Shown one piece after another: positions 35,148-48,351 of a stretch of 64,000 nucleotides of DNA; position 1 is the first letter of the stretch, and every line of letters starts with the position of its first letter. Source of the stretch: Lingula anatina (Eukaryota; Animalia; Brachiopoda); contig CM120646.1 in the NCBI GenBank assembly GCA_051362555.1, positions 5,704,001 through 5,768,000 of the forward strand. The letters are read 5' to 3'. A program made the translations under genes and the position numbers. Below the pieces are notes generated by a model. That model was not told the DNA's origin and ran no database searches. It saw only the letters and a program-made list of their open reading frames with translations.

Positions 35148-36203
35148 ATGATGACCATGTCGACATACACGGCAGCCGAGGTGTCAATGTTATTGAGCAT
35201 ATCCTTGTACTGGGTATTGTACGCAACTCTTTCAGTACTTTCACCAAGAGGTGATTCTAATTCTTTAAGTAGGCTGATGTCGCCGCACGAGAGACCAAAA
35301 CTGCAGAGGGACATCAAACCGAGGGAGGACATCGACATGGAAACTTTGTTGCAATATGGGAACCAAAATCTCCCAGATGGCGATCGGGCATGTAAGATAT
35401 GTACAATACCAAAGGCGACCTATTATGTGTCACCCAAGAACTCGTGCAGGGACAAAAACTACAAAATAGTCTTTCTGATAAATTCTTATCACTCTCATAC
35501 TGAAAAGAGAAAAGCGATACGGGAGACGTGGGCCAATTCCGCACTTAACGTGACACGTGACTTCAAAGTCGTATTTCTCATTGGATACCACAAACACCGT
35601 GAAGATTTGAACGCTCTCGCGCGGCGGGAAAATGATATATATCACGATCTTGTCATAGGTGACTTCATAGAAAGCTATGCCAACTTGTCTAGAAAAACCT
35701 TATTGGGCTATCAATGGATTGTTGAGAATTGCATGAATGCAGAATTTGTCATCAAGACAGACGATGATATTTTGATAGACAGCAGACGGATCTATGGCAA
35801 GCTCAAGACCGAAATGATGGCAACAAGCGCCCTTTTCGGGAACTGCATGTATTCCGGTGTACCACACCGAAATCCCCGTTCAAAATGGTACTCGCCGTAC
35901 CGGTTCTACCCCTACCAATACTACGGCCATTTTTGTCTTGGTTCTTTGTTTATTCTCAAGGCAGCCGACATTGCGAAGATGTGGCACAATTCTCATAATG
36001 TTTCGTATTTTCACATAGAAGACGTTTACACATCTGCACTGCTTACGGAGTCAGTGGGCATTGAAAGGAGGGTGGCCAGAGGATTTAACTTACAGGGAGA
36101 CGTGGCGGCTTCTCCTACAGACGGCAAACACACTATGGCCCAGCTTCTAGACACTCCAAATGATTTCCACGAAGTATGGCAGTCTTATCTGCGTCACTTT
36201 TAA
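35148..36203 (+). CDS. Intronless GT31 beta-1,3-glycosyltransferase (B3GALT/B3GNT-like), 351 aa
   Basis: N-terminal TM; RKAIRETWAN, DFIESYANLSRKT, IKTDDD (DXD), PHRNPRSKWY, YYGHFCLG, IEDVY motifs. Confidence 0.92.
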   Translation: MMTMSTYTAAEVSMLLSISLYWVLYATLSVLSPRGDSNSLSRLMSPHERPKLQRDIKPREDIDMETLLQYGNQNLPDGDRACKICTIPKATYYVSPKNSCRDKNYKIVFLINSYHSHTEKRKAIRETWANSALNVTRDFKVVFLIGYHKHREDLNALARRENDIYHDLVIGDFIESYANLSRKTLLGYQWIVENCMNAEFVIKTDDDILIDSRRIYGKLKTEMMATSALFGNCMYSGVPHRNPRSKWYSPYRFYPYQYYGHFCLGSLFILKAADIAKMWHNSHNVSYFHIEDVYTSALLTESVGIERRVARGFNLQGDVAASPTDGKHTMAQLLDTPNDFHEVWQSYLRHF

Positions 36204-37723
36204 CTTTTTGGGAGGTTTTGTTTTGGTATTTGGATGCTCAATGGAATGTGAAGTAGAGGGATATGAAAATAGTCATCATATTGTTTTGGGTTATTTTGAA
36301 AAATGTCCACTTTGGTCCACGTTTTCAAGTTTTGCAAAGAAGTAGAATACGCAATAAAAAAAAAAAACAAACATTTTATTCAACGTCATATAACGCTGTA
36401 AATCTGCTCAACATCATATAATGCACTTCGGTTTTACTTCAAAAATGTTTTAAATTATACCCAATAAAGTTCCATTAATGATTTATTTAAAATAACACCA
36501 TCCATAACCATTATAATATATTCCACCTATGGAATGTAACTGTATTATCTTATAACAACTGGAACCATGCTGTTGGTTCATGATATACTTAATATAAACA
36601 CATTGAATCTTTTGTCTGTGGCCCTGTACAAATATAATTGTAATGCTTTAAAACATCAAATAAAAAACATGAAACAATGACGTATAATATAGGAGAGCGT
36701 ATCCGTATAAACAATTTGCCACTATGACATTGCTGGACTGAACACTATAAAATAACATACCCATGTGAAAAAAAACACGTTAAGTAGCCTAATGAAAGGT
36801 GAATTAAATAACTGCTGAAATGTGACCTTTCGATTAAAAATGGCTCCGCGGTCGCGAAGACAAGGATGCTAAGGTGTATATTGCTATAGGACCCTTTCTG
36901 CTATATTTGTATTCGTTGTTTGTAAAATCACCCGCGCTTCGAGTGAGTTAAGTAGGTTCACTGCTGACGTCACCCGCAGGTGAATACACTAATCCTCTAA
37001 GGCTATAATTAATAGGTTTAAAAAGAAACCCACGTTATCACAACACGCGCTGAACATTACAAACGCACCAAAATGTTCAAAAATGTTCAAAATGTTGTAA
37101 AAAATGTTCAATTGTACAGAGATAAACCTTCCTCTAAAGAGTTCTACTTAACATATTTCTATTGGAAAGATAAGAACATGTTAACAATGTATCACCAAGA
37201 AGGATGGTCTGTTCTCCATCAAGATATGGGTATCCATAGGTCATCATGTGCACACCGTTGTTCACCATGTCCCAAATTGATACGTGATCATTTTTAAAAA
37301 CTGTTCAAAATCTGATGCTCGATTTTCTATTTAGCAAATCGTCATTGCAATAAATAAATAAATAAGTAAATAAAATGTCGATACTTACGTATAGATATAT
37401 TGACAACATAAAATCATGAAAGTACAAACTTACACTAAAATAAATCTTACATTAAAACAAAACTAAAAAGACTAAAACAATACTGAAGGGAACGTAAATA
37501 CACATTAATGATATCCCTAAATATACTGATACACCAAACCAATGGCCACAATCTCCCAATATAACATCCCCTTGCTGGTAAATATTTAAATATTTATTCT
37601 ATCACATTTTAAATCAGTGGATTAAGTGGTTGGTCCCATGTTGAAATCCATGACTAGATTTTCGTCTGAATATGTGACCTGAGGCTCTTTAGCTCGGTTT
37701 CAGTCACGTACTGATATCTATTA

Positions 37724-39134
37724 TCAAAGCTTTATATTGAGATCATAACCTAATATATCTGCATCAATTTTATATATATTTTGTAGTTCTTTGATCATCT
37801 CAGGTTTAAGAGCCTTGAAATACTTTGGAACTAAATCCATGGTTTTGTGTTTTGCATACGCAGTATTGTCCGACTGCGGGTATGTGAATTCATCAATTCC
37901 TAACATTTTCAAAAGATTATTTGAATCCTCAACGATGGTTTCGTACCTTCCTATGACGTCATAATCGACGCTGCAGGGGTGGCACAAGGAGTGCTGAATA
38001 CCCCAGTGAATGTCAGGAAACTTCTTCGTATTTATCACATACTGGATATATTCTGGGAATGTTACATTATAATCCATAATCATTTTATTTGTTACGTTCC
38101 GTTTTTTGTTCATAGAACGTAATACGTAGCCCGCAATTCTTGGGTGGTAATAACGAAAGTGACCCCTTGCTTTATCGAGTTTATCCCTGAAAAACGAAAC
38201 CAGTCTTTCGAAAGGATGCCTCATGAAAAATACCTTTTTGTAGTTCTTAAGTCTTGTGTCACTGTCTGCTCTCTGTTTAAAAGATTGCAATCTTCTCATT
38301 ACTTTGTACGACAATCCTTCGTGCACCTGCTCCTGACCTAGGGGCCAAATGTAGGACTTGTTGTAGTTGCATAGCATCATCAACATGATTTTCTTCCAGT
38401 TTGTGCAGCCAACTTTGGGAATTTCACAGAAGATGAACTTGTGATGGTCATCCACCCAGTACTGATGTAAAGCTCCGCCTGCTGGCAGTGGGCTTGTCTT
38501 GATTTTGTATTGCGCACATTTTCCGCGTATGTGTTCTTTCCGTTTTTGGATCTCCTCCGCCCATACTGCGTCAACCGATGAAGCGTTCATTCGGGGAGGA
38601 AGCTGCAAAAGTCATAAATTAATGACTGATATGGAATGAGAATATAGATTATATCTCAAGATATAGAGTGAATACTTTTAAAAAATGTAGGTTGAAACAG
38701 ACTTAGCACTTATAAGGTGTTGACATTTTTGCTTATTAGGCATTTTTTTTGACATTTTCGCTTTGAAGTAGCTTGGCTCGGTAACATCTGCTTACTATAG
38801 TATGCTAGGGGAAGATAAATTCTAAAGCCCCCTTTACACCGGACGGCGTCCTTTCTGCGTCCAGCAGTACGGCCCCATTTGAGAGTTTAAAAATTATAAT
38901 ACTTTACGTGCCGACAACTGGCCGATCATTGAGCATTCATTCTGATACAAAATCAACGCTCGTGCCTGCTTATTAAGACCACAGCGATGCCAAATTTCAT
39001 GGTCGCAGAAAGGACGCAGAGAGGACGCCATCCAGTGTAAAGGGGGTATAACCAGGCAGGTTTAGTTCTACGGAAGTCCAACTTATCTGCATCACTGCAT
39101 TCCAATTATTATGATTATTATCATTTTTTAAAAA

Positions 39135-39165
<31 letters not shown>

Positions 39166-40896
39166 TTTTTTTTTTTGCAAATAGATATAATAGTTTAAAA
39201 GCATGTATACATTATTTACTGCTAGCCAGGATATAATTACTGGTCAGCCTACAGTATGTCTGACTGAGTGCGTGAAAAAAACAATAAAAACTTACCGGAC
39301 CCCATAACGGCTCACGAACCAGCTTTGGCTTTTTATCCCTGGACATTTTAGTCCTAAATTCGATTGGCTTACAGCTTCTCAGCGTCTCTGGTTCAGGTGG
39401 TTTTGTTGTCGTCTCCTCAGCCTTGGCGGTAGTGGACTGTCAGATGAATTGTATTTGATTGATTAAATGCTTAAAAAATACCCCCTTAATCACGAGTGGT
39501 CTAAATAATAATAAATGTACATTCTTTTAAAAATGTTTCAATATCTCTTCATATAATATGTATTGGTAATGATTGAATTGAAATTTATTCGATTAAAAAT
39601 ACATAAACAATGGCTATATTGTTTTTGTCTAGAAATATGAAACCTACTAGACGGTGAAGAATATCACATAGTGATCTGATCTCATTATAAATGCAACAAA
39701 GAAACTCAGAGGTTTATTAATCTAATTTTATGTTATTAAAGTGAAAATGAATGCAGCTAATATCTATGATAAATGAACACGAATATTCAACTCTTACCAT
39801 GTCTTGCCGTTCAACTTTCCTTTGTAAACCTACAACAGAAGCCATCTCCTCTGAGCTGAGTCCAATTTCTGAGTAGAAAAAAAATTAGGTAGAATAGCTG
39901 GCTGGGCAATACTGGACTCACTGCAATTACTTCATCATTTAATCTTTGACAACAAATGATTACTAATTTTACGAATGAGAGGGAGAGAGAGAGAGGAATG
40001 AAGGTGAAAAGGGTGTGAGAATGTTAGTAATGAAAGGAACTGTACTAGTAAGACAAGCTCTTATCACAAGTAATCTAAGCATATTTATGGGCTTATGGGT
40101 TCACTTATTTTACACGTTTTCTAATGGGCATGAGAATACGTATAAAATAAGTGTTTACTGGCGGAGAGGTAAGGTAGAGAGAGTAAGCAAAAAAAAAAAG
40201 AACTTTAGGGCACATTCTTCTTCTTCATGTGCCATCACCGATTCGGTGTTTGACGAACGATGATATTTTGCCAAAGGGTTCTATTTCTCGCCATGACCAA
40301 AGGTGTCTTGTTGGTAATTCAAAATTGTCAAGAAAGGACTTACGTTGTCTGCCTCGGGCCATTTTGCCAGGTATTCTACCTCTAAGGCTAAGATCTTCTA
40401 ATCCCTCTTTTCTGGGCACATTAAAAGGTCTAAAAACTGATATTCAAATGATTCAGATGTACTTTACCCGCCAAATTAATTCTGAATTGAAATCTTGGGC
40501 AAAAAAGCAATTTTCATCTTCTCATTCATTTGAATTCGATGTTTTATCCCATTTCCTTTTAATGATTTAGATCTCTATGACTGCCCAGTAACTCAAAACG
40601 CCGTATCTTCCCGTCCATTGGGTACTTTTATTTGAGGGGCTTTATAGCTTTTAGGTCTAAATAGGGAAAGAGAAATAGCTTTGCGGGATTGGTACACAGA
40701 GAGAGTATGATTTTACGATATTTTTCAAACACGTAGGGCGTACCTTTAATCAACTGAAAGGGGGGTCATTTCCACAATTATTCATTTTTCGTGGACATAT
40801 ATACGTTTACTCACGTAGAATAGAATAAAGCGTCCATATGATTGTGAGGATAGCGGACACCTGTATGCCCCGTGTTATCACCATACGGACCCTCAT
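37724..40896 (-). CDS. Carbohydrate sulfotransferase (Sulfotransfer_2; CHST8-14/CHST11-like), copy 1, ~390 aa
   Basis: Exons 40815-40896 (signal anchor MRVRMVITRGIQVSAILTIIWTLYSIL), 39798-39868, 39296-39436, 37724-38602; 5'-PSB FCEIPKVGCTNWK, 3'-PB RHPFERLVSF, HW..LCHPC..YD.IGRYET. Confidence 0.92.
38826..39048. mobile_element. PIF/Harbinger-type MITE
   Basis: TIRs AGCCCCCTTTACACCGGACGGCGTCC / GGACGCCATCCAGTGTAAAGGGGGTA; TAA on both flanks (38823-38825, 39049-39051). Confidence 0.75.
40217..40413 (-). mobile_element. 5'-truncated RTE-clade LINE fragment
   Basis: RKEGLEDLSLRGRIPGKMARGRQRKSFLD (RTE ORF C-terminus), short (GAA)n tail, 9-bp TSD GGGCACATT (40208-40216, 40414-40422). Confidence 0.8.
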
Positions 40897-43800
40897 TGTA
40901 TCTGAAAAAAAAAAGGGAAAATGAATAAGGACTCTCATCAAGTTAATTAGTGATAAATCCAATTTTCTTGTTTTTTTCTTCAAAGACTTAAAACCCCTCT
41001 TAATGAGACCCCTTGAAACACTTTCAAAGCGTCTGCAGGCATATAATGCAAAGCATACTGAAATCCTTCAACTTAAATAGTGCATAATGATATCTACATG
41101 TAACATGTTTGTGACAGAAGAAATCCATATAACGTGAGGGCTGTTTCATAACAAATATGCCTTAATGTCGTAGACCGACAATTCCTTTATTTTAGTAAAT
41201 TATGACCGATGTTACATTTCTTTAAAGCACTGGTTAACATGTATAAGATCTAATAGAATGAGGTTCAAGCAGACCAAGAATCAATTATTGAATTAAAAAA
41301 AAATACTAGTTAGCATAAACATTTCTGCAATCCCAATTTAAACAATGTATAACAATGGATCAATAAAACTATTTGTAGGCCATGTTTTTACAAACTAAAA
41401 GCATTTGGTTACTTTCCTAATTTCCGAAAAAATAAATTATAAGCATATTTGAACCTCTGTTCAATAATCTGTGTACATTATTCAATAAATTAGTAAATAT
41501 TTTTACTGCTGTCATGATAAACATCCAAGACAAACGTGGAAAATTGATGGATAAACGACACCAACAAATAGGACAGACACCTCGAAATTTTGAAAAACAC
41601 GAAAAGGGACCTATTTTCAGGGGCAACCAGACATTGCTGAGTACCTGGGCATTGAGGCATGTTATGCAAAGAAAACGATAGGGACTTTGAATAATATGAA
41701 AAAAAAATATGAAGCTTTAAAATGCCACATCAGAAGTAACACTCTCCCAAAGTTATGGTATAAGCATAGAAATCTTATACCCTTAGTCAATTGCATTTTA
41801 ATATGTCGCTATTCACGATGCTTTCGAATCACGGGCGACGTGTAACACCCAATTTATCTTTCGTGTTTGTAAAGAAATATTTACCGTTATTTAGAAAATC
41901 CACCCAAAAGACATTGTCATTTGGATAATAGTCAAGCTAAGTGTATTGTGACATAACCAACCCAACAACTGTGCGAAAATTGAATAAAACGTTGGCAAAT
42001 TTTCTATTTCTAGAATGTGTATAAATACTGCTATCTACAATTGATTATTGTCATCGAAATTATCATTGTTAATTCATGTAAAACTGACATTTCTAAGGCT
42101 GTGATACATTGGAGTGATCTTCATAATATGACATTTGCAGTATATTAATACCTGTCTATTTTCCCACCTTACGTATATATCATATGATTTAACGTTCATC
42201 ATGTCTCATAAAATAAGAACTTACCTGTGTAATATAGCTATTGCAGTCTTCGCGTTTTCCTCTATTCCCTCGGAGAATGATTAAAAAGGAAAATATTATT
42301 TCCAGCTCACGCAGCTTGCCCTAACATTGCGCTATATTCCCTACGTGTACACTGAATTCTCGCAGTAACCACTGGGCGAGTCGAAACTATATATTCTGGA
42401 ACACCGGAATGACGTAACCAACCTACAGGTTAAGCGTTTGTTGGAATGTTAAAGAGCTGACTTCAAAATTTGGTTTGGAGTTCGATATTTTAATAACACA
42501 CACATATATCTGACAAGGCAACTTTACCTGTCAACTCCCTTTGTGCTATATTAAATGTAACGGCTTATGATGTGCAGTACGTATCCCCCCTGTGAATAAT
42601 TTCAGAGTCGTGCCCTTTACTCCATATTCCTCCTCGGCGGTCAGGGAATGGTGGCGTCAGTGACATTCACATTTTGTCTCCAAGCCGGGCACACGGCCTC
42701 TCCTTGTCATAGTTGACTAAATCCACCCCTCACGTCGCAGTCCCCGTCGCTTTTTAGAGGTTGATGTTGAAAAAGATCTGAAATGACATCACAGTCTTAC
42801 CTGTGAAAAATACGCGTGCGTCAATAAACGGCCATTTTGAAAGACGCATATGCATGGGCGTGTGAGAGACTGGATTTATAATTGTTTGCCAAAGAATCGA
42901 TCGGCATGTATTGTTACAAGTGGACGCAGTAACTATAGGTGACCACGGGGTGGTATATAGAACGGCTAAGCAAACAGCTTTCTAGCTTTGTAGCAGAGAG
43001 GGTCCATAAGGGATGGACCTTGCCATTGGCCATTGGTTATTTTCAGAAGAGACCCTGACCCCTGAAAATGACTTTAAAATGACGTTTTTGTGCGTTATTG
43101 AAATAAACGATTGCTATTAAATATCAAAGGTGACATAAAGGGAATTAACTGAGAAAAAAAGAGCTTCTCTCACCTTTCGCGGATGTCACGACGTCGAAGA
43201 TCAGTAAAATGACACAACATTTAACGACAAAATTCTCACAACACGTCCAGCAGTACAATGAGCAATATAGAGAGTACTGAACAGTAGAAACGTCCACCTT
43301 TTGTCCTACTACCCCGTCATACAAAGCGCGATCAAACAACAGGGATCCGATTACTAGTATTAACCTGTCCCCAAAGGTGCACCTGGGCGAAATAACTGAA
43401 TAACTTAAGCCACACTGAAAATAAGCCTTAACTTCTAATACTGAGCAAAGGCTAGCGACGAATGGATAAATGTATTATGAACAGAGGGACAAAAGCAAAT
43501 GGTATACCTGTCAACATTGACAACTGTCAGAGAGAAAGAGTCCCTTTTGTTCCACCTCAACACGTACAGACACACACACACATACAAAAAGGGCGTTTCT
43601 CTCCGTTTCTTATAATTTCGAAAGGCATGAACTGTTGTTAATGCTTTAGAAAGAAATACCTCGTTTGAAATGCATTAGCAGTTTTCTATACTCAAATACT
43701 CTGACTACATAAAAATCAAAGAATAATCAATGTGGCCAGCAAGTGATTTATTAAATTTCAACTGAAGTCTTTCAATTTATGACATAAAATATTGATAATA

Positions 43801-46499
43801 TATATAATACAGGTGTTTTAACAGCTCTTTAAAAAGAGACACTTTGTGTGTTGTCAACAAAGTTAAGAGGTCTAAGTATTATTTATAAAAGGATGATCTA
43901 TGGGTCGGGATGCCGCACACGCGTCCTGTTCAATTCTACTGTATTGTATAGCGCAACGGCAAATATATTTTAATTAGATAAAAAAAAAGATAAATAAATA
44001 AATAAATGGCACCTGCCTTACAAACACGAGTACAAATTTGATTTAAAGTACTTAGATAAGATAAAATGTATTCAGTCAATAAAGATATACACTAGATATA
44101 TACAGAATCGAGAATAAATTGAGAAGTAAAAGAGTCGATGTTTTAAAAAGTGTAATAGATTTTTGAATAAATAAATTCAAGCACTTGTATTATAAAGATT
44201 CTCGGCTGAAGGATAGAAGCTCTCAGTATGATTAGCTTTCCCGACATTAACGTCAGAAAAAAAACAAAGATAATTAAAGATATAATGATCACGATAGCAA
44301 TTACTGCAGGAAGTGCGCCTAAGAAAGGTAAATTGAGACGGGAAGGAGCTAAAACCATAATTGGGTGCTGCGTCTTAATGAGACCTCGATAATTGCAGTG
44401 GTTGCGTTCGAAAACGACCAGGGGCCCATTCCACAAAATAACTTAAAACCCGAAAATTGGTCTGAACTTTTAAAAATGATTAAAGATATAATGATCACGA
44501 TATAAATTACCACAATCAGTGCGCCTAGCTACGGTATATTGAGACGAGGATCCGAATTAAAATTTTCTTATTTTGGATCCTACTTTGAGACGAGGAGATG
44601 CTTAAACCATAATTGAAAGCCGCGTCTTAAAAGGATATCGTTAGCCTTTGCCAAAAACTCCTCCTTTATTGCCTTACATAAATTCTTTTGGATAACAGAT
44701 AAATCTTCAGTGTTCAGTGACTACTGTAAATAATTTAACATTTACACACATGTCATATTACGGGTGACGTCATAATTGCGAATTTGGGGCAAAATTGAAA
44801 AAACTGCCGTCTCAAATTTCTCCTTTACCTGACCACCCACGATCACCGTTTAATGACATCATTTAGTACTCCAAAGCCCTGCCAGCGATTTTTCTGAAAA
44901 AGCTTAGCTCAGATTTTAATAATATAATAATTATTTTGGATCCTAGTTCATTTTGAGTCCTATTTAACCTGTGGTAGTCTAATAAAATGAAATACTTCAG
45001 CTGTTTCAAAAACATCAATAACTGAGATCATGTTACACACATCATAATACAAACTAAATGAGACAATAATTAGTGCTGGAAGGCAGGATTGTACCTATGA
45101 CTGTACTGTACTTAAGACATAAATCATATCATTTCAAAACCCACCTACCTGTATGTCAATGTTACCTAGGTGACGTATACCTGTTACAGTCTGTCTATAG
45201 GAGTAGTACATCTGACAAAACCATGTCTTTCCTCTTTAGGGAATTCTCTTAAATTAATTGTTTATCCAATCTCCCGATTAACGCGTAAATGACTCTTTAT
45301 AAATATTTGAAATATAGTTAATTATTTTCACTACCCTATTTTCAAACTGTCCTCGCTCTGAAGTTCATACGAGGGGGTGACAGTAAGCATGCAGGCCTAG
45401 CAGTGCACCATTTGACGGTCCGTGGAGCCAATATTACTTTTTATCAATAAAATTTATTACACCCCTGAGTCCTACGGCTCAGAAAGAATTACAATGAAAA
45501 TATATCTTATAACAACAATGCAACTACTTCTACTATCAGATTTATTACGATTAGGCGCATTGCCTGAAAGATTTCCAAAAGGCAATTGAAAGTTTCTTTA
45601 AGACAATCAAAGTGGCTAGCCATTTGTAAATAGAAACGTACTTCATCAAATTGTAAATGTTTGTTATAGCATAGCCAGATTTACTCCCGAGAACAGTTAC
45701 TTGGATATATATTTCATTTTATTATGCAATTTACTTAACACCATGGGGCACAGGTGATGCATACGACGTCATTTACCTGTCTACGTGTCTCAATAGGTTG
45801 CTATAACAGCCCTGGTGTAATGGCCCCTGACATTAACTGCCTGTCAACGGGTAAACTCCACACTGAGCATGGTACCGTGGGCGACAGAGCTTGAAATCAT
45901 TGGGATGTATAAATCATACGGTGGTATCGAAATATCTAAGAAGAAAAATCACGAAATGCCGCCTATTTATGACTCAAATTGATCAGATTGTGCGGAGATC
46001 CGGGTCGTCTTGATAGTAACACATAAAATAAGGCAGCAAAACTGTCGGAAGTACAGACAAAAACCAGAAAAAAAATGATACACAAAATGGGTTATTTTGT
46101 CAAGTTTGAAGTAACATTGCATAATGCTTAAAAACAAAATTAACACCAAAATTTAACTACAGGAACAGCAAGGCGATACGCGCCTCTTGGTATTTTCCAC
46201 CGGCGAGAGCAAGGACATTAAAGTTGAAGGGAAGATGCAGGGTGAACAAAAGACAGAAAAAGAAAGAACCCATAAAATTTTTAATATTTTTTCAAAATCC
46301 TACAAAGGTCCATCAAAATATCAAGAAATTTGCTGGACTTAAACTTCAATATGTGCATGATTTTTTCCCAAAGTTTCAATTTTCTTGGTTGCTTTGCATA
46401 AAAGCTACATGTATGTTCTTTTTAAAATGGCCTCCGAGGCATTGGATGCACATTTCATGTGTCGCGTAAAAGTTGTCAATTTCTCAAACACATTTCTCC

Positions 46500-46740
46500 T
46501 TAGAGTTTCCCTCATTTTTGCTGCGATTGCTCCCCACAGTTCACCAATCATTTGAAATCATTTGAGGGTTGTTCTGGTATATTTTATCATTGAGATACCG
46601 AGTACACCCACAGAAAAAAATCTGGGGGAGGTTCAAATCCGGTGAATGCCGTGCCCACTCAAAATCACACTTCCTTCTGTTCTGATAATACGAATGAATG
46701 CGACACTGAATATTTTCCATGCCACACTCGATTGTCACCT
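46500..46740 (-). mobile_element. Decayed mariner/Tc1-type transposase fragment
   Basis: WARHSPDLNL..FFCG..YLNDKIYQNNPQ resembles WPPRSPDLNPLDFFLWGYLKDKVY. Confidence 0.7.
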
Positions 46741-47609
46741 TGATTGGTTAAAGAATATAATGACACTTCACTTCGAGCGTTACACTTAAGTGGGCCGGTA
46801 CAATTAAAGAGGAACGAACATGTAATGTCGTTACAGAATTTTTTCTCCCTTATACAAATTTGCTTCAAGTTCGCTTCCTGCTGACATTATCAGAACTTGA
46901 CGAGGTAGGGTTGCGTTAACGTGATTCTCTGACGAAATATTCGGCCCGGTAAGTTGTCAATCTTTCAAAGCGGATCGGTCAAGTAAGGGTGAAAATTAAG
47001 GTCTTGTTCTTATATATAGCACTGTGCTGGGTCTTAGCCCGGTTTACAATAGATGCCAATATGTCTGGCCTTTTGTTGAGGCCTCTGACGGGAACAAAGA
47101 CACATGGGACACTCGAGCACCAAAAAGCCATCAGGTGGCTCTTTTCTTCTTTATAAGTGTACGACCCGACGAAAATGAAATAGAATTGAAAAATAAACGG
47201 GATAGAATTAAAAACAAGGAAGAAAACAGAAAAATAATAATTTAAAAAAAAGAATAAATAAATAAATAAATAATCCTCAGACCATGGTCACCACCCAAAA
47301 CATCCCAAGCTACTTTGCCTAGATTTTTCGTTTGAAAATTCGGCCCAGATTTCAGCACGAAAACTCGCCTAAACCAATCCCGGGGCCGTGCGCGTGCGTC
47401 ACACGCTCAAAAGTTGACAGCCATTTTTTTTTACGTGGAGATACAAGGGGATTTTCCTCCAAAAATGCGCCAATGCTGCAACGTTTATTAGGTCAAGTTA
47501 TGTATGCATGCTATGCCAGCTCGAGGCACCCCTAATGGGAAAATGTTAGTAATCGACCACATAGGACCTAGTGGTATATTTTCTCACATATTTTGTTGAA
47601 TTATAAAAT

Positions 47610-47776
47610 CAGGGGCGGATTTAGGCCGTCTTCTGGGTCTTCTGGAAGACGGTCAGATTTTCTAGTTTACATTGACGGGTATCTAATGTTTTCTGTCGGA
47701 AGACGGTCAAAATGGAGAATGGATCAACAAAGATAATTTGGAAGACTGTCAGTAAATATCTCTGGATCCGCCCCTG
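47610..47776. mobile_element. hAT-type MITE with 5-bp TSD (copy A)
   Basis: CAGGGGCGGAT...ATCCGCCCCTG; TSD AAAAT; homologous to 50155-50325. Confidence 0.85.
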
Positions 47777-48013
47777 AAAATTCCTTGGTTTTGGCACTAT
47801 CAAACGACCAAAAGGATGATACTTCGGTCATATTTTGATATTCCATATACATTAACATTAAAATGGTCCACGCCGAGTCTTAGAAACAATTCCCAGACCC
47901 TATCGTACTTACTTTGGATCGAACTATCTCCAAGGGGATTCTCGCCTAATTGCAATTAACTTTAGCGGCTTAGATGTCAGTCACGCCTACTGAAGCTGAT
48001 AGGGGGTAATTAA

Positions 48014-48351
48014 AGGGATAATAACTCTTCATTTTGGCCAAAAAATGAATTTTCCTGGAGTAAACAATTTTCCCATACTAACCAATGGTTAATGAATCCA
48101 TTTTTACATTCAAAGTTAGTCCCTGTTTTTCTCTAAAAAGTTTTTTTTTTATTTTTGTTATAATCTCTTAAGAGATTATAACAGAGTTTAGCCATCAGTG
48201 GAGGTTACGTGGTCTAAAGACAAGCTCACATATCAGAATAATAGCTATAACTGCCGTTTTTCTTGTACAGCAGAATATATTTTATTTCTATGAGTTGTTC
48301 ACAATGTTTTTATTGTGAAATGTAGATCTCATACGAATAGTTATTATCCCT
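48014..48351. mobile_element. MITE with TTAA TSD (Kolobok-like)
   Basis: TTAA|AGGGATAATAACT ... AGTTATTATCCCT|TTAA. Confidence 0.75.
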
